Part shown: positions 1 to 8,926 of the stretch, piece by piece | Position numbering within the stretch: the first letter of the stretch is position 1 | How the letters are laid out: each line of letters starts with the position of its first letter | From: Nitrospiraceae bacterium | GTDB lineage: Bacteria; Nitrospirota; Nitrospiria; Nitrospirales; Nitrospiraceae | Assembly (NCBI GenBank): GCA_037443165.1 | Contig: JBBIOW010000001.1 | Location: 2,779-63,979 of the forward strand | Reading direction: 5' to 3' | Length of the DNA: 61,201 nt | Notes under the pieces: generated by a model | Databases searched by the model: none | The model's input: the letters and a program-made list of their open reading frames with translations, nothing else | What the model was told of the DNA's origin: nothing | Made by a program: the position numbers and the translations under genes

Positions 1-22
1 AATCCGCGCCGGCATTCACGGT

Positions 23-418
23 TTAGATTGCGACACCGGGCAGATGTTGTTTGATCAGAGTCAAAATCCGTTCGACATCTTCCGGACGAAAATATCCCTT
101 CCTGACCGATCTGTGGAGCAGATCTAAAGCCTGTTTGGCGTTGTGCTCCGCGGCAAACCGATCTTCGCGCTGAGCCGCCTTGCCAGCTTCGTGCAAAAAA
201 TAACCGATGTCGTGAATATGGCGATGGATCGACGCTTGTCGACCATGCCAAACCCCACCGTTCAGCGCCGACTGGGCGAGCGCTTCTTCCACCTGTCGGA
301 TCCAATCGCCGCCTAGGTTATAGACGTCCTGGGCCGCCTGCAGCGGTGAGACCGCAACCCACCCTGCCGCCGCAGCCAACAATCCGATCACGACTAGCCC
401 GATCCCCGGCTTTGTCAC
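23..418 (-). CDS. small secreted or membrane-anchored helical protein, distant paralog of 2324-2734 and 4472-4876
   Basis: 131-aa ORF. N-terminal hydrophobic segment GLVVIGLLAAAAGWVAV. C-terminal RKGYFRPEDVERILTLIKQHLP aligns with VRKHYYSRDEINPIIVFINNMVP and VRNNYYTQADIEPIMNFIKHHVP of the two paralogs. Confidence 0.55.
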   Translation of the reverse strand: MTKPGIGLVVIGLLAAAAGWVAVSPLQAAQDVYNLGGDWIRQVEEALAQSALNGGVWHGRQASIHRHIHDIGYFLHEAGKAAQREDRFAAEHNAKQALDLLHRSVRKGYFRPEDVERILTLIKQHLPGVAI

Positions 419-445
419 GGTCGCCTCTTGTGAAAATGTGATGAA

Positions 446-488
446 GCGCCGGCGCCGGTTTTGACGGACTTCACCTTGGCGCCGGCGC
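446..488 (-). terminator. GC-rich hairpin between hsp20 and the downstream paralog gene
   Basis: Perfect 11-bp stem gcgccggcgcc / ggcgccggcgc with a 21-nt loop, lying between the hsp20 stop (512) and the next start (418). No clear U-tract. Confidence 0.35.
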
Positions 489-511
489 GAGGAAAACTGA
501 ACCGACCGCCT

Positions 512-946
512 TTACTGCCCCTCGATCATGATGCGGCGAGGTTTCGCTTCCTCGTACTTCGGGAACATAATGGTGAGTACTCCCTGCTTGTACGAGGCGG
601 TGGACTTGCTATGGTCCACATAGGAAGGCAGTCGGAACGAGCAAGAAAAGGGCCCGTGCGGGAACTCATGCGCGTACCACGTCACGTCTCCCGAGGGCTC
701 GCTCTTCCGCTCTCCTTTGATCCACAGCAACTTATCCTCCACCTGTACATCGATCTGGCTGGGCTCCATTCCGGGTAGAGCGACCTGCACATAGAAGCCG
801 TTTGCATCTTCATAGACGTTGCAGTCCGGCTCCCATGCCGACCGCCAGCCACTCACGGCGCGGATCGCCTCGTCAAAGAGCCGATCGATTTGGGCATCAA
901 ACGACGTGTCCCGGAACAAAGCAGGAAGTTGAGCGGCCCAAGTCAT
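512..946 (-). CDS. Hsp20/alpha-crystallin family small heat shock protein
   Basis: 144 aa with an alpha-crystallin domain pattern (NVYEDANGFYVQVALPGMEPSQIDVQVEDKLLWIKGERK ... GVLTIMFPK). SD aaaggaggg lies upstream of the ATG. Confidence 0.9.
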   Translation of the reverse strand: MTWAAQLPALFRDTSFDAQIDRLFDEAIRAVSGWRSAWEPDCNVYEDANGFYVQVALPGMEPSQIDVQVEDKLLWIKGERKSEPSGDVTWYAHEFPHGPFSCSFRLPSYVDHSKSTASYKQGVLTIMFPKYEEAKPRRIMIEGQ

Positions 947-1173
947 ACCGATCCCTCCTTTCTAGGAACTGTGGGTAATCTGAATCAGAGATTGTGACGG
1001 ATAGGCCCGGAAAGAACCAGAGGAAGGGAGCTGACGAAAGCGCCATCCCGAATGCGGGCCCTTCACCGAACCCATCCGGCACAGCCTGCCAACTCGCTAG
1101 TGCAGATAACACCGAATCGGCGGCCGTCAAGAGGATACCGGCCGCCGACAGCTTGAGGTATGACTATGATTGT

Positions 1174-1341
1174 TTACGCCGCCTCACGATGCCCTTGAGC
1201 CGGCGCCCCCGCTTCGCGCTGAACCTCCACGGTGGACACGGTGGTGGACTGGGACGATAAAGTCCAAAGGCCCATCGCCAACACGGCGGCTGCTCCCATC
1301 AACGCCAACGAAGCATCGATCACGGAACTCATATCCATCAT
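1174..1341 (-). CDS. micro-protein with a single TM helix (55 aa), not in the ORF track
   Basis: Hand translation gives MMDMSSVIDASLALMGAAAVLAMGLWTLSSQSTTVSTVEVQREAGAPAQGHREAA. SD gaaaggaggtga lies about 7 nt upstream of the ATG. It sits between the two hsp20 genes on the same strand. Confidence 0.45.
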   Translation of the reverse strand: MMDMSSVIDASLALMGAAAVLAMGLWTLSSQSTTVSTVEVQREAGAPAQGHREAA

Positions 1342-1399
1342 CGTGCTCACCTCCTTTCGGACTCGTTTCCAAAGACGAAGGCGCCCCAGGCACCCTCGC

Positions 1400-1852
1400 T
1401 CAGGCGACCTTCACCTCAATGGCCTTCGGCTTCGCCTTCTCCGACTTCGGCACGTGCAGGGACAGCAACCCGTCCTTGAATTCCGCGGACACTTTGCTGT
1501 CATCCGCAGAGTCAGGGAGGGTAAAACTCCGCATGAACGTCCCGTACGACCGCTCGATGCGATGATATTTTCGGCCCTTTTCCTCCTTTTCTTGCTTGCG
1601 CTCGCCTTGGATCGTCAAGACGCCTTCTTGTAGCGTGACCTTAATGTCTTCCTTTTTTACACCGGGCAATTCGGCTTTGATGAGATACTCGCCTTCGGAC
1701 TCGCTAATGTCCACAGCCGGGACCCAGTCGGCGACGGTCAACGCTTCCTTGCCGTCATCTCGGCGGGACGCCGGTCGACCGAAGACGCGATTGAGGCGAT
1801 CCGACAACTCTTCGAGTTCGCGAAAAGGATCCCAACGTGTGAGAGTGCTCAT
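1400..1852 (-). CDS. Hsp20/alpha-crystallin family small heat shock protein
   Basis: MSTLTRWDPFRELEELSDRLNRVFG ... AVDISESEGEYLIKAELPGVKKEDIKVTLQEGVLTIQGERK. Start chosen at the internal ATG preceded by aaaggagga; the track ORF extends to 1915. Confidence 0.9.
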   Translation of the reverse strand: MSTLTRWDPFRELEELSDRLNRVFGRPASRRDDGKEALTVADWVPAVDISESEGEYLIKAELPGVKKEDIKVTLQEGVLTIQGERKQEKEEKGRKYHRIERSYGTFMRSFTLPDSADDSKVSAEFKDGLLSLHVPKSEKAKPKAIEVKVA

Positions 1853-2069
1853 ATCGTTTCCTCCTTTCATTCTCCTTTTTGTTTCTCTGTGGCGTGAAGA
1901 ATGCGTCATCGACAACTGCCCAGGAACGGTTCTGTTCCTTCAGCGCGGAAGCTTGAGCGGCGAACCATTGAAGCGCGGCGTGACCACCGCCTTCACCTTT
2001 TGTCTCACATCCGGCTGTTCTTCTCGCAAAGCAACAGCCGTCGGGCGAGACGAGAGGAGGATAGGCTCC

Positions 2070-2231
2070 CTAGGCTGCCTGACGCTGATCCTTCTCCGCA
2101 GTCGCATCCTCCACTTTCCTCTTCTCCTGCGACCGCGACGAGAAGCAGGACGCGCCCATGACGATCACCGTCACCAGGACAAGAAACCCGATCGTGCTGT
2201 CCATGATGAATCCTAGGGCGTTCCCGCTCAT
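2070..2231 (-). CDS. micro-protein with a single TM helix (53 aa)
   Basis: MSGNALGFIMDSTIGFLVLVTVIVMGASCFSSRSQEKRKVEDATAEKDQRQAA. SD ggaggtg lies about 8 nt upstream of the ATG at 2231. Same position relative to hsp20 as the 1174-1341 micro-ORF. Confidence 0.45.
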   Translation of the reverse strand: MSGNALGFIMDSTIGFLVLVTVIVMGASCFSSRSQEKRKVEDATAEKDQRQAA

Positions 2232-2323
2232 GTTCACGTCACCTCCCCTCTTCAATCGATCATCGATGACGATCGAGGTCGCCGCTTTCCCGGCTGCGCA
2301 GCAAAAGGCACCGAACCCGTCCG

Positions 2324-2734
2324 TCAGGCGGCCGGCTTCACCGGAACCATGTTGTTGATGAACACGATGATCGGGTTTATTTCGTCTCGCGAGTAATAGT
2401 GTTTCCGCACGCCGACTTCCAGCACCTCGATTGCTTCACGCACAAGCTCGGAAGCCAGCGTTTCGTTTTTATCATTGTAGGCTCTGGCAGCTCGATCGAG
2501 CAGACGAAGCACGGAGGCTTGAGGCATCCGAGGATCGTTGAGAAACACCGCCCGATATTCCTTTTTGTTTAACTCTTGCTCAATCTGTTTAACCCACTGC
2601 GCCTGGTAGGACTCGTCTCCGGCGACCCAGCCGATCCAATCAGCAGCCCAGGCGCTCGAAGAGCTAACCAGCGGCGCGGCAGTCAGCAAAGACAGTCCGC
2701 ACATCACCACGACCGCCTGAATCGTTTTCACCAT
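2324..2734 (-). CDS. small secreted helical protein (paralog family)
   Basis: Signal-like MVKTIQAVVVMCGLSLLTAAPLVSSSSAWA. Shares WVKQIEQE, KKEY, VFLNDPR.PQ.SVL.LL.RAA.AY and VREA..VLE.GVR..YY with 4472-4876. SD ggagg is upstream. Confidence 0.65.
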   Translation of the reverse strand: MVKTIQAVVVMCGLSLLTAAPLVSSSSAWAADWIGWVAGDESYQAQWVKQIEQELNKKEYRAVFLNDPRMPQASVLRLLDRAARAYNDKNETLASELVREAIEVLEVGVRKHYYSRDEINPIIVFINNMVPVKPAA

Positions 2735-3477
2735 AGACATCCCTCCTTCTGTTTGAAAGTTTCCCATGCTCCGGTGAATGGCCCTGATGCAGGGGAGCAT
2801 GTACATGGTGCATAGGTAGGAATAAATACCGCAGGATGAGAGTCAAGTGGGATCGGCTTGGTCCGGATCACGCAGATCGCCGGCACGGCCCGTTGACAAC
2901 GCAAGCGGAGATGTTAATCCAACCATCATTCATACTGATCCACACCGTTCGCGCAGGCCGGACGACAATGCTGGCTCGCTGGTCCGACTGACATACACGG
3001 TCTGGATTGTGCCGGATTCGTCGAAATGAACGAGTCAGAAGGCTGGGGAACCAAGGAACAGATGCCGAGCTCAATGAAATAAAAAATGGCTCATTCGGAT
3101 CCTGTGTGGGTACACCGTTGTCATCCGGGGTTCGTGACCTCTGCTGGTTCTGACAGGGGGCCGGGTCGGCCTGCGCTGCTCAGACGCTCCGGCGCGACCG
3201 CGCTCAGCGGGCCTCGCCTGGTTTGCGGAACTTGCTGGCTTCTGCGCGATGCGCGAACCCAGCGGCGCACAGTCCTCGGCCTGCGCTGCGCGCACCGTCG
3301 CTGCCCGCTCAGTCGCGGTGCCCGGGTACCCGTTGCTCTCGGTTGCACGGGTGAACCACGATTCGCGACGCAGCCCGACCCAGCCCCCTGGTTGAACCCA
3401 TACAATTTCCGGAAGAGCCTAAAGAATGAGAAATTGTGCCTAATCTCAACAAGAGGACAAGAGGAGGTGTAGAGACC

Positions 3478-4242
3478 ATGTTTCGGATTCCTCGAACTCT
3501 CATGATCGCCGGTCTTTTCAGCGTCGCACTCGGCCTCGCGGGTTTTCGCGGGGACATGACGCAATTGAATGACCAGCAGATCGAAGCAGCGATCCGACAG
3601 CGGTTGGCCATGGATGGCCGTCTCGATGCCAAAAGCATTTTGGTGAAAGTGGAGCAAGGAGGGGTGACACTCAGCGGGACCGTGATGAACTTGGACGACA
3701 AATTGTTGGCGGAAGCTCTCGTGAGCGGCACGATGGTCGGCATCAGATCGTTGAAGAACGAGATCGCGGTGGTTCGGCCCTCGACGAAAGACGATGAGAT
3801 CCGTAAAGCGGTTGAGACCGCACTACGGTCGGTGCCGGTGCTGCACGAGAGCAAGTTGAACAGGATCACGGTGCTCGTCCATGAAGGCGACGTGGTGCTC
3901 AAAGGCACGGTGGAGAAGCCGTTGCACCGCCGCGTGGCGCAGAAGGCCGCGGAAGCTGTTCGCGGCGTCGTCTCGGTTGCGAACCTGCTGAAAGTGGTCG
4001 GCAAGCCGCGGCCGGATCACGAGATCGAGAAGGATGTGGTGACGTACCTCGAGTGGGCCCCCTACGCGGACTCGGAGCGGATCGAATACAAAGTCGAAGA
4101 CGGGATAGTGAAGCTCACAGGCACAGTGAATCATCTCGCTGACAAGTACGCGCTCGTCAATGACATCGAAAAAATTCAGGGAGTGATCGGGGTAGATGTC
4201 TCCCAGATCACGGTGACCAAAGCTCAACAGAAGAAGGGCTGA
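3478..4242 (+). CDS. BON-domain protein (three BON repeats, OsmY-like)
   Basis: Three repeats of the pattern D..I...V...L......L....I.V.V..G.V.L.G.V (e.g. ILVKVEQGGVTLSGTV, ITVLVHEGDVVLKGTV, IEYKVEDGIVKLTGTV). N-terminal hydrophobic anchor. ATG at 3478 is preceded by aggagg. Confidence 0.85.
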   Translation: MFRIPRTLMIAGLFSVALGLAGFRGDMTQLNDQQIEAAIRQRLAMDGRLDAKSILVKVEQGGVTLSGTVMNLDDKLLAEALVSGTMVGIRSLKNEIAVVRPSTKDDEIRKAVETALRSVPVLHESKLNRITVLVHEGDVVLKGTVEKPLHRRVAQKAAEAVRGVVSVANLLKVVGKPRPDHEIEKDVVTYLEWAPYADSERIEYKVEDGIVKLTGTVNHLADKYALVNDIEKIQGVIGVDVSQITVTKAQQKKG

Positions 4243-4471
4243 GCAGAGAGGGGTATGGAGGAGAAGATTCGACGATCTTGGTATCCCGGAGGTTCGCCAA
4301 GAGAATCGACCCTTGAATGTGCCCCGACAGAGTGCGGGTTGACTTTTTCATGCATGATCTTATTCAGCACATCGGACCCGCGGCGAACAGTGATCGCCGT
4401 GAGAGCCGAGCCTATCGCGGGTCATTGTTCACCATCAACCGTTAACCCCTAACCATGGAAAGGAGGGACAT

Positions 4472-4876
4472 ATGACACTCATGAACATGAAAACGATCGT
4501 CGCTGTCATGTGCGCGCTGTCCCTGCTCAGTGGCGGGGTGGCGCTGGTGCCGCCGGCAGTCAATGCCGCGCCGTGGATCTCGCCGACCGACTCGCACGCT
4601 GCATCCTGGGTGAAGGAGATTGAGCAGGAGATCATGAAGAAGGAATACCTGTCGGTATTCCTCAACGACCCGCGGACGCCGCAGGTGTCCGTGCTCAAGC
4701 TCCTGAACCGGGCGGCGGCGGCCTATGAAGCCAACAATGCGCCGTTGGCCGACCAGTTCGTCCGCGAGGCAGTCGGCGTGTTGGAGCAAGGCGTCCGGAA
4801 CAACTACTACACGCAGGCGGACATCGAGCCGATCATGAACTTCATTAAGCACCATGTACCGGTGAAGCTGAGCTGA
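4472..4876 (+). CDS. small secreted helical protein (paralog family)
   Basis: 134 aa with a signal-like N-terminus. Close paralog of 2324-2734. SD aaaggaggg lies before the ATG. Confidence 0.7.
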   Translation: MTLMNMKTIVAVMCALSLLSGGVALVPPAVNAAPWISPTDSHAASWVKEIEQEIMKKEYLSVFLNDPRTPQVSVLKLLNRAAAAYEANNAPLADQFVREAVGVLEQGVRNNYYTQADIEPIMNFIKHHVPVKLS

Positions 4877-4896
4877 TGGATGAGAAGAAGAACGCG

Positions 4897-4928
4897 GGAC
4901 CGGGCGTGGGCTGGGCCGCGCCCGGTCC
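4897..4928 (+). terminator. hairpin downstream of the paralog gene
   Basis: 10-bp stem ggaccgggcg / cgcccggtcc starting 21 nt after the stop codon. No U-tract. Confidence 0.3.
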
Positions 4929-4958
4929 GGCGATCGTAAAGAAAGGAGGAAGAGAGCT

Positions 4959-5093
4959 ATGTATGCCGTTGCCGCATTGATTGGTCTGATGGTGCTGACG
5001 TGGGCCGCTGCCGTCTGGGCAACGTATGTCGAAGACGAGCGGGCGGATACCGAAACGGCGGCCGGTCATCGTCTGCTCAGAAAATCCGCTTGA
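4959..5093 (+). CDS. micro-protein with a single TM helix (44 aa), not in the ORF track
   Basis: MYAVAALIGLMVLTWAAAVWATYVEDERADTETAAGHRLLRKSA. SD aaaggagga lies 8-9 nt upstream of the ATG. Confidence 0.35.
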   Translation: MYAVAALIGLMVLTWAAAVWATYVEDERADTETAAGHRLLRKSA

Positions 5094-5291
5094 ACGATAT
5101 GTCGAGCGGGGGATCGTATGCGCGGTCGGAGTCGATTCGTTTGCTGTGCCGGTACCGGCTTTCTTGCCTCCGCAGCCTTGGCACTTCCTCTAGATGCCAC
5201 ACCTAGATGCCACACCGGCGAGGGCCGAGTTTCGCTTCGGCGCCGTCGAAAGAGAAAGACTTCGTCGCCCGCGAGGAAGGAGATCGGAGAG

Positions 5292-5381
5292 ATGTCTGAA
5301 CTTCTGGCGATCGGCGCGATGGGAGGCTTGATTCTAGTCGTCGCCATCGCGATTTGGCGTTTTCTCCTGCTGTTCGAATAG
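5292..5381 (+). CDS. micro-protein with a single TM helix (29 aa)
   Basis: MSELLAIGAMGGLILVVAIAIWRFLLLFE, preceded by aggaaggagatcggagag. Lies inside the longer Arg-rich track ORF 5118-5381. Confidence 0.3.
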   Translation: MSELLAIGAMGGLILVVAIAIWRFLLLFE

Positions 5382-5390
5382 CGAGCCGTT

Positions 5391-5750
5391 ATGGAAGAAG
5401 GTAGCTTGTACTGGGACAGTTATGCCGAGTTCTTGGCCCGTCATGCCGAGGCAACCGGCTACGATTTCGGCCGAGCCCCGGCAGGAAACGTTCCTCCGCC
5501 GACGGTAAAGTTCCCCAGGCCCCTGCGCTGGTGGTCGCTGGACCGGCCCAAGCGTCTGGCGGAGATCCTCGCCTTGCGTGACCGGCTGCAGACGGAGATC
5601 CTCGCGCTCCGAACGCATCGTTTCTCAGCGCCGTCGGAGGTTTGGGCTCCGGCCACGCAGCCCCCCGAACCAAGCGCCGTCTCGTTTTCCGGAAGTGAGC
5701 GACTGCTGGCCGTCCTCAACAAGGATATGGCTATGAAGGAGGCGGCCTAA
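5391..5750 (+). CDS. hypothetical protein
   Basis: 119-aa ORF filling an otherwise empty gap, with balanced amino-acid composition. No recognisable domain and a weak SD. Confidence 0.4.
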   Translation: MEEGSLYWDSYAEFLARHAEATGYDFGRAPAGNVPPPTVKFPRPLRWWSLDRPKRLAEILALRDRLQTEILALRTHRFSAPSEVWAPATQPPEPSAVSFSGSERLLAVLNKDMAMKEAA

Positions 5751-5778
5751 AGCTGATGCGGCTCCGTCGGACCGGAGG

Positions 5779-6912
5779 CTAGCGATGTTCGATGGGGATG
5801 TAGGGCCGGTTATGCTCTCCCGCGTAGATCTGGTCGGGGCGAAACAGCTTGTTCTCTCGGAGTTGCTCCAACCAATGGGCCAGCCAGCCCGCCACCCGTG
5901 CGATGGCGAATACCGGTGTGAAGAGGTCCACCTCGATTCCCATCTTGTCGTAGATGATGCCGGAGTAGAAGTCCACGTTGGGATACACGCCTTTCCCCTT
6001 AAAGACCTGTTCCGCCACCCGCTCCATTTCCACCGCGACCGCGTAGAGCGGCGACATGCCGCATTCTTTGAACAGGCGTTCGCATAACCCTTGTAGAATG
6101 ATGGCTCTGGGGTCCTTGACCTTGTACACCCGGTGGCCGAAGCCCATGACTTTTTCCTTCTTCGCCAGCTTGGCGTCGATATAGGAGCGGACCCTGGAGG
6201 GATCGCCGATCTCCCGCAACATCTGGACGACCTCTTCGTTGGCACCGCCGTGCAAGGGGCCTTTCAGCGCGCCGATCGACGAGGCCACCACCGTATAGGG
6301 GTCGGCCAAGGTGGAGGCGGTGACCATGCCGGTGAACGTGGACGCGTTCATCGTATGCTCGGCGTGCAGGATCAGACAATCGTCCAGGATTTCGGTCCAG
6401 AGCGGGCTGGGCACCTTTTCCGTCAGCATATAGAGAAAATTCTCGGCGAAGCCGAGATCGTCGCGCGGAGGAATATAATCGTCCCCTCGGCGCAAACGCG
6501 CCCAGGCGGCGACAATCGTCGGTAGCTTCGCGATCAACCGCACCGCCGACCAGTAATTGTTTTCGATATCCTTGACGTTCCGGCCGGGATAGAACATACC
6601 CAGCGCCGCCACGGCCGCCTGCAGCACGTCCATCGGGTGGCCGTGTTCCGGCAGGCATTTCATCAAGTCCACGATCCGGAACTTGATCCGACGATGAAGC
6701 GTGATGTCTTCGCTCCACTGCCGCATTTGCGCCTGGGTCGGCAGGTGGCCGAAGAGCAGCAAATAAGCGGTTTCCAGGAACGAAGACTTGGCGCACAGCT
6801 CTTCAACCCGGATTCCGCGATACTCCAGGACGCCCCGCTGTCCATCTACATCGCTGATCGAAGACTTGGCCGCGGGAACGCCGGCCAGGCCCGGCATGAA
6901 ATCGTGCGGCAT
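5779..6912 (-). CDS. gltA: citrate synthase family protein
   Basis: Citrate-synthase motifs are present: LHAEHTMNAST, GALKGPLHGGANE, MGFGHRVYK..DPRA, YPNVDFYSG. Start taken at MPHDF, preceded by aaggagga. Confidence 0.9.
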   Translation of the reverse strand: MPHDFMPGLAGVPAAKSSISDVDGQRGVLEYRGIRVEELCAKSSFLETAYLLLFGHLPTQAQMRQWSEDITLHRRIKFRIVDLMKCLPEHGHPMDVLQAAVAALGMFYPGRNVKDIENNYWSAVRLIAKLPTIVAAWARLRRGDDYIPPRDDLGFAENFLYMLTEKVPSPLWTEILDDCLILHAEHTMNASTFTGMVTASTLADPYTVVASSIGALKGPLHGGANEEVVQMLREIGDPSRVRSYIDAKLAKKEKVMGFGHRVYKVKDPRAIILQGLCERLFKECGMSPLYAVAVEMERVAEQVFKGKGVYPNVDFYSGIIYDKMGIEVDLFTPVFAIARVAGWLAHWLEQLRENKLFRPDQIYAGEHNRPYIPIEHR

Positions 6913-7119
6913 CGGGTCCTCCTTGTGGCGAAACGCTCGACGGCGTGCTCGGCGAATCAAGCTTCGCCGAGCTGTCCCGATTCTGTCGCGATCCGCAACC
7001 CGCGCACCGGATTCTAGGGGTGCGAATGTCCGGCGTCAAGGAAACTCCATGCCTTGAATTGCCCGCCTCCGCTTGGCATACTGAATCGAGGCGTCGCCGA
7101 TGTGGAGAGAACACACTCT

Positions 7120-7620
7120 ATGTACGGTTTTCTGAGGACCATGATCGCGTTCGGAGCGCTGGCGCTGCTCGCGGGCGTGCTGACGCTCTGGCGCCAGTAT
7201 GAACGGCCGGTTTCGTCGAGCGCGCCGTTATCGGGGGTGTCAGATCCGACGAAAGTGGTCGGATCGAGCGCACTTAGCCACGGTGGGCCGACCGGACTGT
7301 CGACGACGCTTGCTTCTCCCTCTCAGGAGATGCTTCCCATTCGTCCGGGACAGCGCGTGACGTTGATTGAGCCTCCGCCGACTGAGACGGAGGCCGACCG
7401 ATTCGCCGAACCGGTGTCCGTTCACTCGGACGTGGGTCCGGCCGCAAGACGGTCCGCCACCGAAGTGATCGTGACAAACGTCGAGACGCGTCCGGCTCCC
7501 AACGGCCGCGTTGAACAGTTTTTCCAGGTCCGGTTTCCCGACGGCAGGTCGGCGTGGGTACACAAAAATGTGCTCCGCGTGCCCGCGCCGGGAGATGACC
7601 TTGCCTACACGGAGAGGTGA
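7120..7620 (+). CDS. membrane-anchored hypothetical protein with an SH3-like C-terminus
   Basis: MYGFLRTMIAFGALALLAGVLTLW anchor. The C-terminal FFQVRFPDGRSAWVHKNVL resembles bacterial SH3-type domains (weak, from memory). Confidence 0.5.
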   Translation: MYGFLRTMIAFGALALLAGVLTLWRQYERPVSSSAPLSGVSDPTKVVGSSALSHGGPTGLSTTLASPSQEMLPIRPGQRVTLIEPPPTETEADRFAEPVSVHSDVGPAARRSATEVIVTNVETRPAPNGRVEQFFQVRFPDGRSAWVHKNVLRVPAPGDDLAYTER

Positions 7621-7623
7621 CCA

Positions 7624-8010
7624 GTGAGACGCATTGTTTGGCTGTCTGTGTCCGGCTTGTTGTTGGTGTTGTCCAGTGTAGGAATCGCAGCGGCTCAGGG
7701 AGAAACCGTCGCATTCGCCGTAGTGGCGGAAGTGCTGAAGGACAAGACACAGGCCTCGGCGAAGATCTCGGTGGACGGGGTCGTGTTTGAGGGCAAGCTG
7801 TTGCCCATCGAATCGGTTCAAAACAACCTGGCTTGGAAGAAGCTGGAAATCTGCCACGCGTTGAAACTGGAAGGCGTGAAGGTGGCGGAAGGGTTCAAGG
7901 TGTCGTCGCTCAGAGTGATCGACGCCGGCATGCTGCCTATGGGGCTTCAAGGTTTCGCCGGGGACTGCTTGATCAAGAAAGCCATCGAAGTGGCGCCGCT
8001 AGTCGATTGA
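7624..8010 (+). CDS. secreted hypothetical protein
   Basis: Signal peptide MRRIVWLSVSGLLLVLSSVGIAAAQG. GTG start lies 3 nt after the upstream stop, suggesting coupling. Confidence 0.55.
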   Translation: MRRIVWLSVSGLLLVLSSVGIAAAQGETVAFAVVAEVLKDKTQASAKISVDGVVFEGKLLPIESVQNNLAWKKLEICHALKLEGVKVAEGFKVSSLRVIDAGMLPMGLQGFAGDCLIKKAIEVAPLVD

Positions 8011-8021
8011 TTAGGCGGCGC

Positions 8022-8489
8022 TCAAGCCGCGCAGTCCGGGCAAACGGTCGGTTCTTGCCCGGAGTGGTATTCCTCTGCGGTGAGCGGGAAATATTGCTCA
8101 CAAGCCGAGCAGGTGCGGATCTCGAAATAGGGGACGCCTTTTTCGTCGATCTCGGTCGGCAACAACAGTTCCGAGGGGTCATAGCCAAGCGTCGCGCCGT
8201 CCGAAAATTTCACAACCGCCAGGCGGATGTTGAACAACTCGAAAGTCGCCTCCTGCCCTTTTCGTTCCGGGACATGGCCGAGAACAAACACCGGTTGCCC
8301 CTTGCGTTTCGTCTTCAAGTCCCGGAGGGTCCGCTGGATCGGCGTGGCGCAAGCGAATTGGCCGCTGGCATCAGTGGTGCCGACGCTGGGCATATCAGGT
8401 TTCCAATACACACCGGCATTGCTACACGAAGCGAGAGATGGAATACGGTACCCAGCCCTCGCTGCGTGGCCTGACGCGCTACTTAACAT
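8022..8489 (-). CDS. hypothetical protein with a C-terminal CxxC...CxxC zinc-ribbon-like motif
   Basis: C-terminus is CSACEQYF...VCPDCAA. The start is uncertain (candidates 8489 or 8393). The maximal ORF reaches 8549 and abuts the divergent gene. Confidence 0.4.
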   Translation of the reverse strand: MLSSASGHAARAGYRIPSLASCSNAGVYWKPDMPSVGTTDASGQFACATPIQRTLRDLKTKRKGQPVFVLGHVPERKGQEATFELFNIRLAVVKFSDGATLGYDPSELLLPTEIDEKGVPYFEIRTCSACEQYFPLTAEEYHSGQEPTVCPDCAA

Positions 8490-8548
8490 AGGCGAAAAAA
8501 TCACGTCAAGGTGGGTGCGGGTCCCCGGCGAAAGAGAGGAGCAACGCA

Positions 8549-8899
8549 ATGGCTGACATCACCATCTACCAGAAGCCGACATGCACGACTTGCCGTCAGG
8601 CAGTGCAATTGCTCAAAGACAGCGGAAAGCCGTTCACGGCGGTGAACTATTTCGACAAGCCGTTTACCAAGTCGCAGCTCAAGGATTTGTTGAAAAAAGC
8701 CGGACTTTCGGCCAAAGAGGCGCTTCGCACGAAGGAAGAAATCTATAAGAAGCTGGGCTTGGGGAAGAAGACCCTGTCGGAGGACGAACTGCTCGACCTG
8801 ATGATCAAGTATCCGGATCTCATTCAACGGCCGCTGGTCCAGAAGGGCGACAAGGTCGTTTTAGCGCGGCCTGCGGAGACAGTGAAAACCCTGTTGTAA
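8549..8899 (+). CDS. ArsC/Spx/MgsR-family (arsenate reductase-like, YffB-type) protein
   Basis: MADITIYQKPTCTTCRQAVQLLKD ... YPDLIQRPLV, typical of the ArsC-family thioredoxin-like fold. Confidence 0.85.
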   Translation: MADITIYQKPTCTTCRQAVQLLKDSGKPFTAVNYFDKPFTKSQLKDLLKKAGLSAKEALRTKEEIYKKLGLGKKTLSEDELLDLMIKYPDLIQRPLVQKGDKVVLARPAETVKTLL

Positions 8900-8926
8900 T
8901 TTTTCACACGGGCTCGCACGCCGGGG

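Noticed and set aside
1853-2069. Known heat-shock operators or promoters (CIRCE, HAIR, sigma-32 or sigma-54 type) upstream of the hsp20 genes
   Set aside because: Only short palindromes were seen (GGAAC-N6-GTTCC near 1925-1940; TCTGA-T-TCAGA near 982-992). Neither matches the CIRCE or HAIR consensus, and no convincing -24/-12 or sigma-32 boxes were found.
2807-3477. 670-bp divergent intergenic region with a repeated 13-mer cggcctgcgctgc (near 3165 and 3283) and several 60-230-aa ORFs
   Set aside because: All ORFs there are Arg/Pro/Ala-rich and mutually overlapping, without SD sequences. The repeat is short and GC-rich. No promoter or RNA motif could be supported, so it is left unannotated.
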